Source of the DNA: an uncultured virus (IMG/VR IMGVR_UViG_3300001687_000011)
Lineage: Duplodnaviria; Heunggongvirae; Uroviricota; Caudoviricetes
Strand: one strand, 5' to 3'
IMG/VR virus record: IMGVR_UViG_3300001687_000011
DNA length: 64,000 nucleotides
The notes under the pieces were generated by a model. The model was not told the origin of the DNA. It worked only from the letters and a program-made list of their open reading frames with translations, and searched no databases. A program made the translations under genes and the position numbers. Shown here piece by piece: positions 12,235 to 23,976 of the stretch (position 1 is its first letter; every line of letters starts with the position of its first letter).

Positions 12235-12872
12235 TTTATTCTTCTTCTCCCTCTCTATCTTTAAACATCTCATCGAGTTGAACTAAAACGTCAGACTCAT
12301 CGGTAAGATACCAAGTTATCTCATTTTCAAAAGCTTCCTGAATAACATCATTTATTAATTCCCTGGCCTCCTCAAAGGTTTCACAATCACGGAGATCATC
12401 ATCATCGACTTCTGTAGATTGAGGTCTTTTACCCCCTATATATCCATCATCAACTTCCCAGGTTATTTTCATTAGATATTTTCTCCTTTTATTATTCGTT
12501 TAAATGCTGCAAAGTATAACCACGGAATGAATTTCCATGATTCGTGACAAATAGAGCATGTTACTTCACTTTCCCCCTCCATTTCACCTTCACAATTAGG
12601 ACAAATTTTATTTAGAAGTTTTTGTGTTGTGTTCATTTACTCCTCCTTGTCAAGAAATTTTATATTTTCTACATAAATATTTTTTACTGTTCCATCAGGC
12701 AACTCTACAACTGCTGTTGTAAACATTCCTGGGCCAGACTCAAATTCTTCATAATCAATCCCAAACTGGTGAAATAGTCCTACTTCTCCTGTTGGTTCAA
12801 GAGTGTACCCAAGTTTTGTTTTATGATATATTCGTTTCAGTATTTCAACCTTTCTCATATAACCCCCAAAGT

Positions 12873-12948
12873 TGGTTCCAGGAGAGGGATTTGAACCCCC
12901 GACACTCGGCTCTTCAGGCCAATGCTCTACCAACTGAGCTATCCTGGA
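12873..12948 (-). tRNA. tRNA-Phe (GAA) with encoded CCA
   Basis: TCCAGGA TA GCTC AGTTGGTA GAGC A TTGGC CT-GAA-GA GCCGA GTGTC GGGGG TTCAAAT CCCTC TCCTGGA A CCA; full 76-nt cloverleaf. Confidence 0.95.
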
Positions 12949-14261
12949 ATATTTTCTTTTTTGCAGTTTTCGATAAACTCTATGAATTTCTTAAGATCTA
13001 ACATAGTGTTATTCATAGTATCATCATTTGTCCATAGTGAAGGAAAATGAATACACAATTGTTTATCAACATGCTCTGCATAGATTTTTAGTTTTTTAAA
13101 TGCACATTCCCAGGAACAGAAATGGAGTTCTTTACTTTTATCCTCTCCATATATGTGAAATTCTATGTGAGTTATCTCTTGCTCATTTTTTTCAGTAAGG
13201 AGTATTCCACATCCATCACAATAGATATCTCCAACCCAGGAATACTTTTTTCTACCACATTCTTTACACTCACTATCGAGTACACTATATTCTATTCTCA
13301 TTCTATTCCCCAAAGTCTGAAAATTTAGCCATTCGTCTCAACTGAGACATTGGTATAGTTTTTCCAATATGCCATTCCCCACAATGGTAACAAGGATAAG
13401 CTGACATGGGCTTTTTAAAATGACCAACCCTTATGGCCCTCTTAGCTAACTCTTCAGTTTTATATCCAACTTTATTTTCACAATTTTTGCTTGGATCACT
13501 GTTTTTACTGGCAGCTAAATAAAGGTCATAAAGAATCTTGTCCATCAGTAAGTACCTAATTTTTTTCTAAATTTATCATCCATAATCCATGTAGTACCAT
13601 TCCAAATATATATTTTTACACTTTTTGTAATTGGATGAATACCCTCTTCATCTACTCTGGCTCTACCAGTTCTTACATTTTCAAGTAACCAATATTTAGC
13701 CCCCACTGGGGGAACAAAATTTATGGCATCATCAAACTCTTTAAAATATTTAATAGTCCAAAAAATACCTTTTTTTTCATCTTCTACTTTTCCTATTTCA
13801 TATCCTAAAGGTGCCCCAATTTCTATATCAATATATTTTATTTCTGGCTTTTTAGGTATATATTCTAATGGGTATTTCATTATTGATTTTCCTTTAAGAT
13901 AAATTCATAGTTATCTTTATCAGTAATAATACAGTTAAATTCTATCTTGTCAATTGTTTTTATAGGTGTAATATATGCATTGACCTCTACAAGATCTTTT
14001 GACATATTTATAATTACGTTATATGTGGTTATTTTCTTTTCTTCTACAAGGATATCTAATGCTTCAAGTAGAGTCCTTATCTGTCTAACTTTGTCCATTC
14101 TTCTATCATTTCTCCTATCTTCTGAATAGCATCCTTAGCCCCCTGAGAATATCCATCCTCAAATATTTTCCTAAGGTCTGGGGTATCCTCAAGTCTACTA
14201 AAGAAGTATACATAGAGGGCACGTTTGAATTCACTATCGAGATTTAATGTAATGTCTGCCA

Positions 14262-14741
14262 TTATCTATACCTTTTAGTCCCCTTCTTGCCGTATGTCCC
14301 CCTATGACTTCTTCCATAGAACATAAAATGCTTAGTCAAACTATGACAATTAGGACATAATATTTCAAGATTTTCTCTTTTATTATTTTTTCTATTCCCA
14401 TCCTTGTGATTTACTTGAACAGGAACAATCCCTGTATGAGGATTTAATTCTTCCCAACCACATCTTTCACATTTTCTCCCACGTTCCTCAAACAATCTCT
14501 CCCTCATATGTACAGGTGATTTTAATTCTTCAAGATCTTTACGTTTATATTTTCTATTTTTATTTCCTCTTATAGCTGCTTCAGATAGTTTCTTTCTTGT
14601 TTCGGGAGGAAGAATTCTCTTTCCATTCTTATCTTTTAGTGGAAATCTATTTTTCCAACTTTTCTTTACACTTTCAGAAATCTTTTCTTTCCATTCATCC
14701 TTATATCTTTTTGACATATCTTTAACCTTGTTTATATACAT
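14262..14741 (-). CDS. HNH homing endonuclease with NUMOD3-like basic repeats
   Basis: WKEKISES / ETRKKLSEA repeats; CERC...QVNHKDGNRKNNKRENLEILCPNCH. Confidence 0.85.
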   Translation of the reverse strand: MYINKVKDMSKRYKDEWKEKISESVKKSWKNRFPLKDKNGKRILPPETRKKLSEAAIRGNKNRKYKRKDLEELKSPVHMRERLFEERGRKCERCGWEELNPHTGIVPVQVNHKDGNRKNNKRENLEILCPNCHSLTKHFMFYGRSHRGTYGKKGTKRYR

Positions 14742-14763
14742 ACCCTGTAGGAATTGAACCTAT
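14742..14763 (-). pseudogene. tRNA 3'-half relic (T-arm plus part of acceptor strand) abutting the HNH start codon
   Basis: ATAGG-TTCAATT-CCTAC-AGGGT directly before ATG; no D-arm or anticodon arm upstream. Confidence 0.45.
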
Positions 14764-14767
14764 AAAG

Positions 14768-14800
14768 AAAAAAGTGGGATCGGAGTTTCCCCCGATCCCT
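14768..14800 (-). terminator. Intrinsic terminator, preceded by a second hairpin at 14813-14840
   Basis: GGGATCGGGG-GAAA-CTCCGATCCC-ACTTTTTT; upstream AGGGTTGG...CCAACCCT stem. Confidence 0.8.
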
Positions 14801-14842
14801 TTATACCATTGGAGGGTTGGTCTAATACTACCCCAACCCTAC

Positions 14843-15481
14843 TTATTTCTTATGATAATCACTGATTTCCAGGATAGCCCCATCAGCATTTTTTCCCAGT
14901 TCATTGACCTTGGCATAGAACATTCCAACTGTTCTGATCCGTTTCTTATTGGCCTGAATCTGGGAAACTGTGGCTTTCTTGAACCCAGCAAAATCGAATG
15001 GTCTGATGCCCATCTTGAAGGGGATATTTGTTGCAATCTCTTCCTTGTTAATCCCCACGGTATCCAGGGCATGAAACTGTCCACCGATCATGACATTTCC
15101 GACTTCATCTTTTTCCAGGAGCTTTAAGTAAGACATAACCCGTCCTGGGTCTGCCATGATGTAGGCCCCTGTCACACAGTATGAACCACAACCACGATCC
15201 ACATTCACATGTCCTCCAAAGGACTCATCCATGTAAAGCAGGTCATTGTCACACATTTTTTTGATCAGGTCTTTGTTTTCCAAGGTGATTTTATCAATCG
15301 TAAAATATCCGAACACCTTGCTTCCATTTTTTCCACCCTGGGTCAAGAATACCCGATCTCCCAGGTTCATACTCTTGAAGGATTGAAAAGGGATCTTCCG
15401 AGTAATACCATACTTGTTGGCCTCTTTTACAAAATCTTTTTTGCTGTAATAGCTGTTTCCAACAAAATGTATGAAATCCAT
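14843..15481 (-). CDS. Hypothetical protein, possible PUA/EVE-like N-terminal domain
   Basis: MNLGDRVFL...KVFGYFTI resembles a PUA/EVE strand pattern; visibly more GC-rich codons than neighbours. Confidence 0.3.
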   Translation of the reverse strand: MDFIHFVGNSYYSKKDFVKEANKYGITRKIPFQSFKSMNLGDRVFLTQGGKNGSKVFGYFTIDKITLENKDLIKKMCDNDLLYMDESFGGHVNVDRGCGSYCVTGAYIMADPGRVMSYLKLLEKDEVGNVMIGGQFHALDTVGINKEEIATNIPFKMGIRPFDFAGFKKATVSQIQANKKRIRTVGMFYAKVNELGKNADGAILEISDYHKK

Positions 15482-15775
15482 TGTCTTCCTCCTTTTACAG
15501 GATTACGTGTAATCCCAGTTTATGTATTAACTTCTGAACACGTTCTGGAATGTCCCATCTGTGTTCATCGAATTTTGCTACATAAGCTAAAGGCCCTTCT
15601 GCTAAAGCTCCACTAAGAGCAGAGCTTAAATCCTCCTCTACATAACCAGTATCAACAATATAATCTTCAACCCACATCTGACCGAGTAGAGATCTTGTCC
15701 CTCTCTTTGTGATCCTCATTACTGCATAACGTGTTTTTTCTTCGGTCATGGTTTTGTTTTCCCCCTCTATTTATT

Positions 15776-15803
15776 ATATCGGCATATCATTTAAAAAACT
15801 TCA
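15776..15803 (-). promoter_or_regulatory. Repeated phage promoter motif, copy 4
   Basis: TGAAG-TTTTTTAAATGATAT-GCCGATAT then AATAAATAGAGGGGG. Confidence 0.8.
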
Positions 15804-17128
15804 GTAGTCTACTAATGTATCCCCCAAATAAAATATAGATCCATTGACAGATAGCCCATATAAAGAGGATTACAAATCCAAAAAAGAAGGTTCCAGCTAT
15901 TATAGATCCTATCCACTCTCCAAAAGCCATTATTTGATCTCAGTCACAAAAATTTCTAAAGTATTAGTATTTATAGAGACTCTTTTATAATCAACTTGAT
16001 ACTCTTTATCATCTATAACTAATTCATCATTTTCACCAAGGGAACAAAGTATAGTTAATGTCTCTGGGGCTTTAAATATCTCTGCTTCTTTTAATATCTC
16101 CTCAGTAGAGAATTTTCTTATTAATATGGTCATTTTTCCTCATCCTTTATGATAGTTTTATTAACCCATTTACCACCTTGGTTTATACTCAATACTATAG
16201 TTCCAGAAAATTTATCTTTCTTACCTTCCAAGTATTCCAGATTATCTTCAACAGCTTCCGCAATCTTAACTTCTTTACTTTTCTCTGTGAAATATTTACA
16301 GAATTCCTTAAGAGCTTCAGTAATTCCTCCATTGAAATCCTCTGGCAATTCAAACACAGCATTTTGGATATATAGTATTTTTTTCATTTATTAGCCCAAT
16401 TATCAATTTTATCCTTAAGATAATAAAAACAAATAGGAGTTAGCACAAGAATAAACATCCATATACCAGTAGTACAAAAACATTTCCACCCCAATTTTAC
16501 ATAATCCCAATATAAACTTATATTTGAAGGTATAATATAAAACAAAAAGAACAAAACAAATAAAGCATAGATAGCAGCAGCAATGTGATCTATAAGTCTC
16601 CAAACTACTTTTAAAATGGTTTTAGTTTTCTTTTTCATATCCCCCTTGCCTCTATTTCCTTTAATATTTTTTCAGAAAGATTATCAAGAGCTTCATCTAA
16701 GGTCTCCCTGGATACATCAAATACACAATGATGCTTACTTACAAACTCCACAATATTCTTTTTTATAATATCTTTCTTAGGGTTCCTAACCAAGGCATTA
16801 AATAAACTTTCAGCATGTTCAAACTCCTCAGGATCAACTGGATCAGGATGTTCCAGTATATACATAAATTTTTCCCATTCATCTTCATCGAGTGGGGGAG
16901 GAGACCCAAACATAGGATCACTTTCTAAAATTTCTCTCAATGATTTAGGTTCTTTATCGTCAGTTTCATATTCAACAGTGAGAGTATCACCAGGAGTAAT
17001 GTCAGTCATCCAACATAACCCCTGTTTCCATTGCCCATCATTTATCCTGGATCTGATAAATCTTTTCACACTATAGGAAAAACACAATCGTCCATCATGT
17101 ATTTCTAATGTTTCTAATATTTTCATCT

Positions 17129-17530
17129 TCATCCTCCATAATAGGTATGGGTCATTATACTAACATAATCTTTTGCTCTTGATTGTATTTGAATAAGTTC
17201 ACCTTTCTCAATAGGACAAGAAAATACAACTTTTTTACCCTTTATTTTATAGTCAACACCCAATGCTTGAACAAGACCATTTCTATAGACAATTATATTT
17301 TCAAAATTCTTAAGATCTGTGAATAATTTTATAGATCTTTTTTTGAATACCTTCTCTTTAATATGGTAAAGTTTTGATTTTATCTTAAAAGACAGGCTAT
17401 TTTCTCTTTCCATCTTCATTCTAAGCTTAAGTGTCATAATTCTACAAGATAAATCTTCAACTTTATCGCAAAGTTCATTACTGAGTTCTATAATATCTTT
17501 AAGCTCTTTCTCATTATTTACTTTTTTCAT
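17129..17530 (-). CDS. Coiled-coil protein with a C-terminal virion-type beta module
   Basis: VYRNGLVQALGVDY resembles the V-x-x-NG-x-x-Q-x-x-x-x-DY module of phage tail/baseplate proteins; likely start MKKVN with GGAG RBS. Confidence 0.4.
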   Translation of the reverse strand: MKKVNNEKELKDIIELSNELCDKVEDLSCRIMTLKLRMKMERENSLSFKIKSKLYHIKEKVFKKRSIKLFTDLKNFENIIVYRNGLVQALGVDYKIKGKKVVFSCPIEKGELIQIQSRAKDYVSIMTHTYYGG

Positions 17531-18366
17531 GTTAATCTCCGTAAAAAGCTTTATAAGTAGCCCTGAATATACCATATTTTACAATATATAGAACAACTAT
17601 TACAAAAATTATATCACTCAACATTTTCTTCATCTCCCAGGAATAAACTTTTTTCCCTACCTTCAAGTTCCTCAAAAAATACTTTCTTTGAAGCACAGTG
17701 CCTACAGAGATAAGTCCCCTCTACTGCTTCTGGATTTGTCCTGTACCAAAAGATGTCATGATATTTATAGTTGCATTCATCACACTCTTCATCTGTAAAA
17801 TCACATAGTTCATATCCCAGAAGCTCTAATTCCTCATTATCCAGAAGTTTAATACAATCAGTTCCACATAATACTTTCTTATCATCAAAATAAACTATAT
17901 AACCTTCTTCCAATTCCAAAAGCCTGAGAACGACTCTATCCCTTTTATCCTTCACAATTATTTCGGTTATACCGTCTGAGTATGTGGATATCTCAACGTT
18001 GTCATTCTTCATGCCTGTATATCCTTCCACCCTCATTAATTTTCCATTGGGTTTTCAAGGCTTTTTAGAAGTGCATTTACCATACCATTGTTATCAGGTA
18101 GTTCCTTATTGAGTTTCTCAAGTTCTTTCCCATACTTCTCAGCTATCTCCTTAGGGCCTACTCCATTACATAAAGCTTCCACGGTTCCTGTAATAGCTTC
18201 TGGGAGTTCCTCTCCGTTTTCTTGCAGAACTTCAGTGAATTGTTTTAAGAATTCACCCAAGGCTTGAAAATTACCTGTTGCAAGTGCTACAAAAAGTTCC
18301 TGTAAAAAGGCATAGTCCAACATTTGTCCAAACAGTTCATCATTCATTATTTGGGTTCCTCCTCCC

Positions 18367-18873
18367 CTATTTCCCTGTATGACCAAATCCACCTTCTCCT
18401 CTTTTGGTCTCAGGAAGTTTTGTTACAGTTTCAAATTTAGCCTTTAGAGTAGGACTTACTACAGCTTGAGCTATCCTATCCCCAGGCTCTACAATATAAG
18501 TTACATTTCCTAAATTAGCCATTATAACGAATATTTCTCCACGATAATCAGCATCTACTGTTCCTGGGGTATTAACAATTGTAATACCATGTTTATATGC
18601 TAAACCTGATCGTGGTCTTATTTGTAATTCATATCCAGGTTCAAGAGCAATTTTTATGCCAGTGGGAATAGCTTTATAAATAATATTCCCCAGGTCACGT
18701 ACACAGTATATCATTTCTGGATATTCTATAGCTGCTCTCAGATCAAACCCAGAAGCTTCTTTAGACATGTATTCCAATCCACCCTTTTTATGTGGATAAT
18801 GATCTAAATAAACAACCTTAATTATGGGTTGTCTAAACTCTACCCTATTTATACCCTCTAAATTAAGATTCAC
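18367..18873 (-). CDS. dut: Trimeric dUTPase
   Basis: ASGFDLRA, QIRPRSGLA, GTVDADYRGEI, GDRIAQ, RGEGGFGHTG. Confidence 0.95.
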   Translation of the reverse strand: MNLNLEGINRVEFRQPIIKVVYLDHYPHKKGGLEYMSKEASGFDLRAAIEYPEMIYCVRDLGNIIYKAIPTGIKIALEPGYELQIRPRSGLAYKHGITIVNTPGTVDADYRGEIFVIMANLGNVTYIVEPGDRIAQAVVSPTLKAKFETVTKLPETKRGEGGFGHTGK

Positions 18874-19375
18874 TACCTATTTCCTCCACTACTTTCATCT
18901 CTTCTGCAAGATAGACTGGGGATCTACTATAATCTTTTTTCCAGACCTTTCTCACATATATTTTTACAATTCTCTTTAAATGTTTCCTTGTAGTAAATTT
19001 GTTGATGTAGATCTTAGCATCATCGAGCTTCTTAAAGAAATGAAACCCAGATAGGTACTTCCTTCCAGTACCATCTGATACTAATTTTTTATTTGCTTTT
19101 ATCCAAGTATTGAAAGGAACTGTCATAGATCCTAAAACCCCATGATACAAAAAACAAATCTTTCCATCCCTATAGTCTACTAACTTATATCCAACTTCCA
19201 TATTTTTACCTATTCATAATTTTATAGATATCATCTCCTGTGATTTCAGGGATACCATCGAGATAATTTTCTCTTTCATGTTTTCTACCTTCCAGATGAC
19301 CTTTATAATAAATAGCCACGATTATTCCTATACCCATAAAGAGGGACACTATAAAATTGACCACATGAATTAGAC

Positions 19376-19615
19376 TCATTTCTTTTTGGTCTCCTCTTTA
19401 GTAACAATCCCCCTGGTAATAATCTGCTCTTTGCCACATACTGTACACCGATAGCCATCTTTCTTTCCAAGACAGGCATTGAACACCCGAAGTCCATTAC
19501 CATACTTCTCATCCTGGTATTTGGCTCCACTGGTATTCCCAAAAAAACCAGTACAAGAACACCTACTGATAATTCCTGACTGCTTTCCCCCACCTAACTT
19601 TGATGACTTTGCCAT
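19376..19615 (-). CDS. Small basic zinc-binding hypothetical protein
   Basis: CSC...YQDEKYGNGLRVFN...RCTVC; strong AAGGAGG RBS. Confidence 0.55.
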   Translation of the reverse strand: MAKSSKLGGGKQSGIISRCSCTGFFGNTSGAKYQDEKYGNGLRVFNACLGKKDGYRCTVCGKEQIITRGIVTKEETKKK

Positions 19616-19966
19616 GATAATATCCTCCTTTTAGTGCAGGTAGACCTCCTGCTTTGTTAAGAAAAAGTAACAATCACCCTTATAAAGCTCACCATTAATT
19701 TTTCTCTGTCCTGTCCAACTTCTGAAAGTTAAGTAGTCAACTGTTACCCACCTGGAATCATCAGGATTAAAAACTTCAAAAGTTGCTGTGGGAAGTTCCA
19801 CTTCCAGGAAAGGGTTAGTCTCATCATCGATCATAAGACCAAGATCCCCAGGTTCAAAACCATACTCATCAAACACCTTCCGATAAGCCTCTTCGTATAC
19901 TGATGCAATTTCTTGGGTATTCATTTTGTATCCCTCCATGTGAAGTTAATTTTCCCTCTATTTATT

Positions 19967-19994
19967 ATATCGGTCATTACCCAAAAAATCTTCA
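19967..19994 (-). promoter_or_regulatory. Repeated phage promoter motif, copy 5
   Basis: TGAAG-ATTTTTTGGGTAATG-ACCGATAT then AATAAATAGAGGG; the TGA is the stop codon of the upstream gene. Confidence 0.8.
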
Positions 19995-20504
19995 GTCCAA
20001 CAGTCCAATTTCTTCACAGATTTCTAATAAGATACTTTTGGTCACTTCATCATAATCAAATCTTTTAGCATTAATATCAAGAGATTTCTTCATGGTACTA
20101 TCAGAATGTCTCCTGGTAGCTGCTCTCCAATCACATAACATTTCGATAATATCGAATGTACTCATACGATGTAAAGGACTTAACCAGTCTTCAGTATCTT
20201 TATAATGCTCAGGGTGATGACGTTCCTTCCTGTAATGGTCGTCTATTGCTGGTTTTAATAATTCCATATTCTCTTTATATTCAGGACTACCATAAGTTAA
20301 TTTCTTAAGTTTTTTGCCATACTTCCTAAAATATGGTTCCTGGGTTTTAGAATATTTTGATAAATCATGCTTAATACCCCTCTTTAATAATACGGCACAA
20401 GCTTTTGAAATATACCACATAACCCATAGTTTATGTTTAGTAGTTTCCCAAAATGTTACTATTCTATCTATCATAAGTAACCTTTCCTTCTTAATCTTCT
20501 CCAA
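19992..20504 (-). CDS. HD-like phosphohydrolase (DUF5662-type)
   Basis: HK...HDLSK...HY...RHHPEH...EMLCDW. Confidence 0.7.
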   Translation of the reverse strand: MEKIKKERLLMIDRIVTFWETTKHKLWVMWYISKACAVLLKRGIKHDLSKYSKTQEPYFRKYGKKLKKLTYGSPEYKENMELLKPAIDDHYRKERHHPEHYKDTEDWLSPLHRMSTFDIIEMLCDWRAATRRHSDSTMKKSLDINAKRFDYDEVTKSILLEICEEIGLLD

Positions 20505-20661
20505 GCCTTTAATTGTTGTCTTCGTCTTCTCTGTTGTCTTACCCAGATATCATGATCCATCTTTCTTCCCAGGGCCTCTAACTTTTTTAAGGTCTCTGGA
20601 TCTTTTTTTATAATAAAAACTTCCATCCCCTGCAATGGAAAATTTAGTTTATTAGTATTCA

Positions 20662-20982
20662 TTAGTCATATCTTTCATCTGGATTCTCATCATATATATA
20701 TCCGTTATCTTCAGCCCAATCAGATAATTCACTATCTGGGAATACTTCCCCAGGAGAATATTCTTTAGCAACCTCTTCAACTATTTTGGATTCATGAACA
20801 TACCCATTTAAAATTGCCCAATCCTTTAATTCACTCTCAGGAAAAACATTATCTGGCTCATAATTATTTTTTACCCAATCCTTTAATTCATCACTATCAA
20901 ATATATCTTCTGGGTCGTCACAATTATCTTTTATTACTTTTATTACCTCTTTACCAATGTCATCAAGCCTAAACTTATACAT
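20662..20982 (-). CDS. Acidic protein with three internal repeats
   Basis: PEDIFDSDELKDW / PDNVFPESELKDWAILNGY / PGEVFPDSELSDWAEDNGY. Confidence 0.7.
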   Translation of the reverse strand: MYKFRLDDIGKEVIKVIKDNCDDPEDIFDSDELKDWVKNNYEPDNVFPESELKDWAILNGYVHESKIVEEVAKEYSPGEVFPDSELSDWAEDNGYIYDENPDERYD

Positions 20983-22159
20983 ATCTTTTTTTCCTCCTCA
21001 ACTCTTTTATTTTTTCTTTCTTAGTCTTCTCAGACCACTTATAGACTTTTACTGGTTCCAGGATATCAGGTTTACGTTTTAACACTGATATCCACCAATT
21101 AGCTCTTACTTCTTTGAAAGATCCATAATCCTCTTCCACACCATCTTTTTTCTGTACAGTGCTCATAGTAGTATATGTATCATCAACCATTTTTACTACA
21201 TGATAACTTTTCATTTTAGTACCCCATAATAAATATAAGTAATAATGGAATAAATGATATAGAAACCAATGTTATTATACATATCTTTAGAAGAAAATTT
21301 AATCTTCTCAATTTTTTCTTAGAAGTCTTTATTCTTAAGTCCAAACTATCAGAATCACTAAATATTCTTTTTCTATGCTCCTCAAATATACCAGTAAGCT
21401 TATCAGGCAATTTTTGTAAACCCTTTTGCACCTCATGAAGACCAAGAAAGTAGCGTTCCATTGATTCTAATTCTTCAATATCCATGTTTTTTGGTCTCCT
21501 CCAAATATTTTCTTTGTTCTTCTTTTGCTTCCTCTATTTGAGGTTTTATCCATTCATAGCAGTTAGAACAGAGGTGATGATAATCACTATGCAGACAACA
21601 ATACAAAGGATCTCCTGTTTTAATAGGTTTACCACATCGATCACACTTCTGTAGATACTCATCACATGTAGGACAATATCTAATAGTGAATTCTTTCAAT
21701 ATTGTCTCAATTACTCTTACTTCATGTAGATACATTAAATCACCATATCATCTGGATATTTGGTTGTAAGTGGTCTATAGTCTTCATCAGCTTTTTTTCC
21801 ACATTTTATACATTCCATTTCAGGAATAACATTTTTGTGGAAATTTGTATCATCATATCCACAACCCTTTTCCTCATGACCACAATGTTCACATTCATAA
21901 ATAGCTATAAAATCACGTCTATGTTGTGATACTATTTTTTTAATCTTCATTTTATTCACTCTTCTTTAAGCTCACACATTCTTCGTAAATGTCTGAGCAC
22001 TTGGGCCATTTCACTATCCTCATTAGGATCATCTATAGGCCAAATCTCAAGTAAATCTGCTATTGTACCAGGTTTCTTAACCTTTCTACTCCATCCATCT
22101 TTGTTGTACTCATATTCTTTAATTTCTATTGGTAAATCTTCAAATTTCATATCGGCTCC

Positions 22160-22606
22160 CTACATATCCAATATTTTTTTGGCTAAACCTTCTTCACTTT
22201 CAAAGACAAAAGTTTCCCCATTTTTAAGTTCTGTATAAAAGTCACCTTTTTTACCAGGACTAAACTTCCTGAAGGTATCCGTCACTTTACCAGTTTTATC
22301 ATATACTCTGACACCATTAGAGGATTTAATAAGAACCCCATCCTGGTCATATTTCTTACCCAGAGCAATAATATTTTTCATAAACTTTTTTTCATCCTCA
22401 TTGCTGACAATGAAAAAGGATTCTTCAGCTTCACCCTTCCAATATCCTTTTGTAGGATACACAGAATATCCGTACCTTTTAAGGGTTGCAGCTAATTCCT
22501 TATTTCGTTTTACATTCTCTTCGTATGAGTAATCAGGTCTAAAAGCTGACATAGCTGCAAAAGCTGTTTCAGACTTCATAAGACTCTGTATTGTTTTATT
22601 ATCCAT
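22160..22606 (-). CDS. DUF3293-like hypothetical protein
   Basis: SAFR...N..RN..L...L...GY......GYW...EESFF...LGKKYDQD pattern. Confidence 0.5.
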   Translation of the reverse strand: MDNKTIQSLMKSETAFAAMSAFRPDYSYEENVKRNKELAATLKRYGYSVYPTKGYWKGEAEESFFIVSNEDEKKFMKNIIALGKKYDQDGVLIKSSNGVRVYDKTGKVTDTFRKFSPGKKGDFYTELKNGETFVFESEEGLAKKILDM

Positions 22607-23562
22607 TTTTACCTCCGATACATTATTAAGACACTTCTTAACCTAAAAGTATCTCCATACTTCATTGAGTTTAAAACTACTCCACAAGGTCTCCCATTCA
22701 AGAAGTCATGGTACTCATTACCTTTTTCAGTATCATGCATAAGAATATCAGTTACAATGAATGAATGACCTATACTGGTAGCTTCTGCCAATGTTTCTGG
22801 TTGCCCCCACCCCATATTTCTTACTATTCCAATTTCATTCCCATCACAATATACTGGGATAGTATACCCTTTTTCCCTAAAAACTCTTACTTGCCTCATA
22901 ACCTCATTACATTCCTCAACCTCAACTATTGGTCTTGACTCATCCAGGTCATGAAGCATTTGTGATTTTATAGTTAATTGTTTTAACTCACCCATATTTC
23001 CGTTCTGACTCCATCACATCAATAGCATCATTGAGAGTTAATTCAATATTTTCAATGTATAATCTAAGTGCTTTAAATTTATCCTCAAGATCAGCTTTAA
23101 CTCTTAATGTGCTTTCCTTAGCCTTTCTTTCAAATGCATCTAATTCCAATAACAGTTCCCTACTCCATCTATTAAATTCCTGACTCTTTCTTTCAAGATC
23201 CTTCTGTAAAGAATGCTTCCCAGAAAGACTACAGGGAATATGGACAGCAATTGCTCTTTTTCTATCTTCAACTTGATTCTTTGTTAGTTCCACCAACTCT
23301 TGAATGATCTCATTCCAGTTCTTAGACTTTTCCACTTCTCCTCCTGAATGGCCTTAAAACTAAAGATTGTATCCAGGAACAAAAGTCATAAACTTTTTCC
23401 AATAGTGATAATAACCCTAAACCACCAAAGTACATTACTGCTACTATAACTACAAATCCAACAAATACAATAATAGCCCCTAATACCCATCCCAGGTATG
23501 CTAATATAGCATATCCTAATACTTTTAATCCAGTCAACTCTGCTAAAAACATAATACCCTCC

Positions 23563-23976
23563 TTAAAATTTAAATTTTATACCAAATTGTATCGATTCAT
23601 TATTAGGGTTTACCCTAAAAGATGTGGATGTATCAAAATTATAACTACACCCAGGTCTATTTAACTCATACATAGCTCTAAAATATGGTCTTACTCTTAT
23701 ATTGTAAAGCAATAAATATTTAAGGTCTACATCAGATCCAGCTTTAAAGTGTCTATTTGCACAATCTACAGAGAGGAATGGTTCTATATCTGCTGCAAAC
23801 CCGTGTTTTTTGAAATCAAAATTCAATGTAATTGTATAAGGTACATAAGCTATTCGTGTAGGACTCAAGGTCTTTAGAGACCAGTTATCCTTGACCTCAA
23901 TAAACTTTTTGCAATAGGCATCTGTAGGTAAGCAGATTACTCCTATTACCAATAAAATAAATATTTTCGTTTTCAT
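23563..23976 (-). CDS. Putative outer-membrane beta-strand protein
   Basis: Signal peptide; alternating beta pattern; terminal ...SIQFGIKFKF with C-terminal Phe. Confidence 0.45.
   Translation of the reverse strand: MKTKIFILLVIGVICLPTDAYCKKFIEVKDNWSLKTLSPTRIAYVPYTITLNFDFKKHGFAADIEPFLSVDCANRHFKAGSDVDLKYLLLYNIRVRPYFRAMYELNRPGCSYNFDTSTSFRVNPNNESIQFGIKFKF

Noticed and set aside
12637..12933. 98-aa ORF starting MVEHWPEEPS
   Set aside because: Its 5' part is the tRNA-Phe sequence; the real gene probably starts at ATG 12858 (MRKVE)
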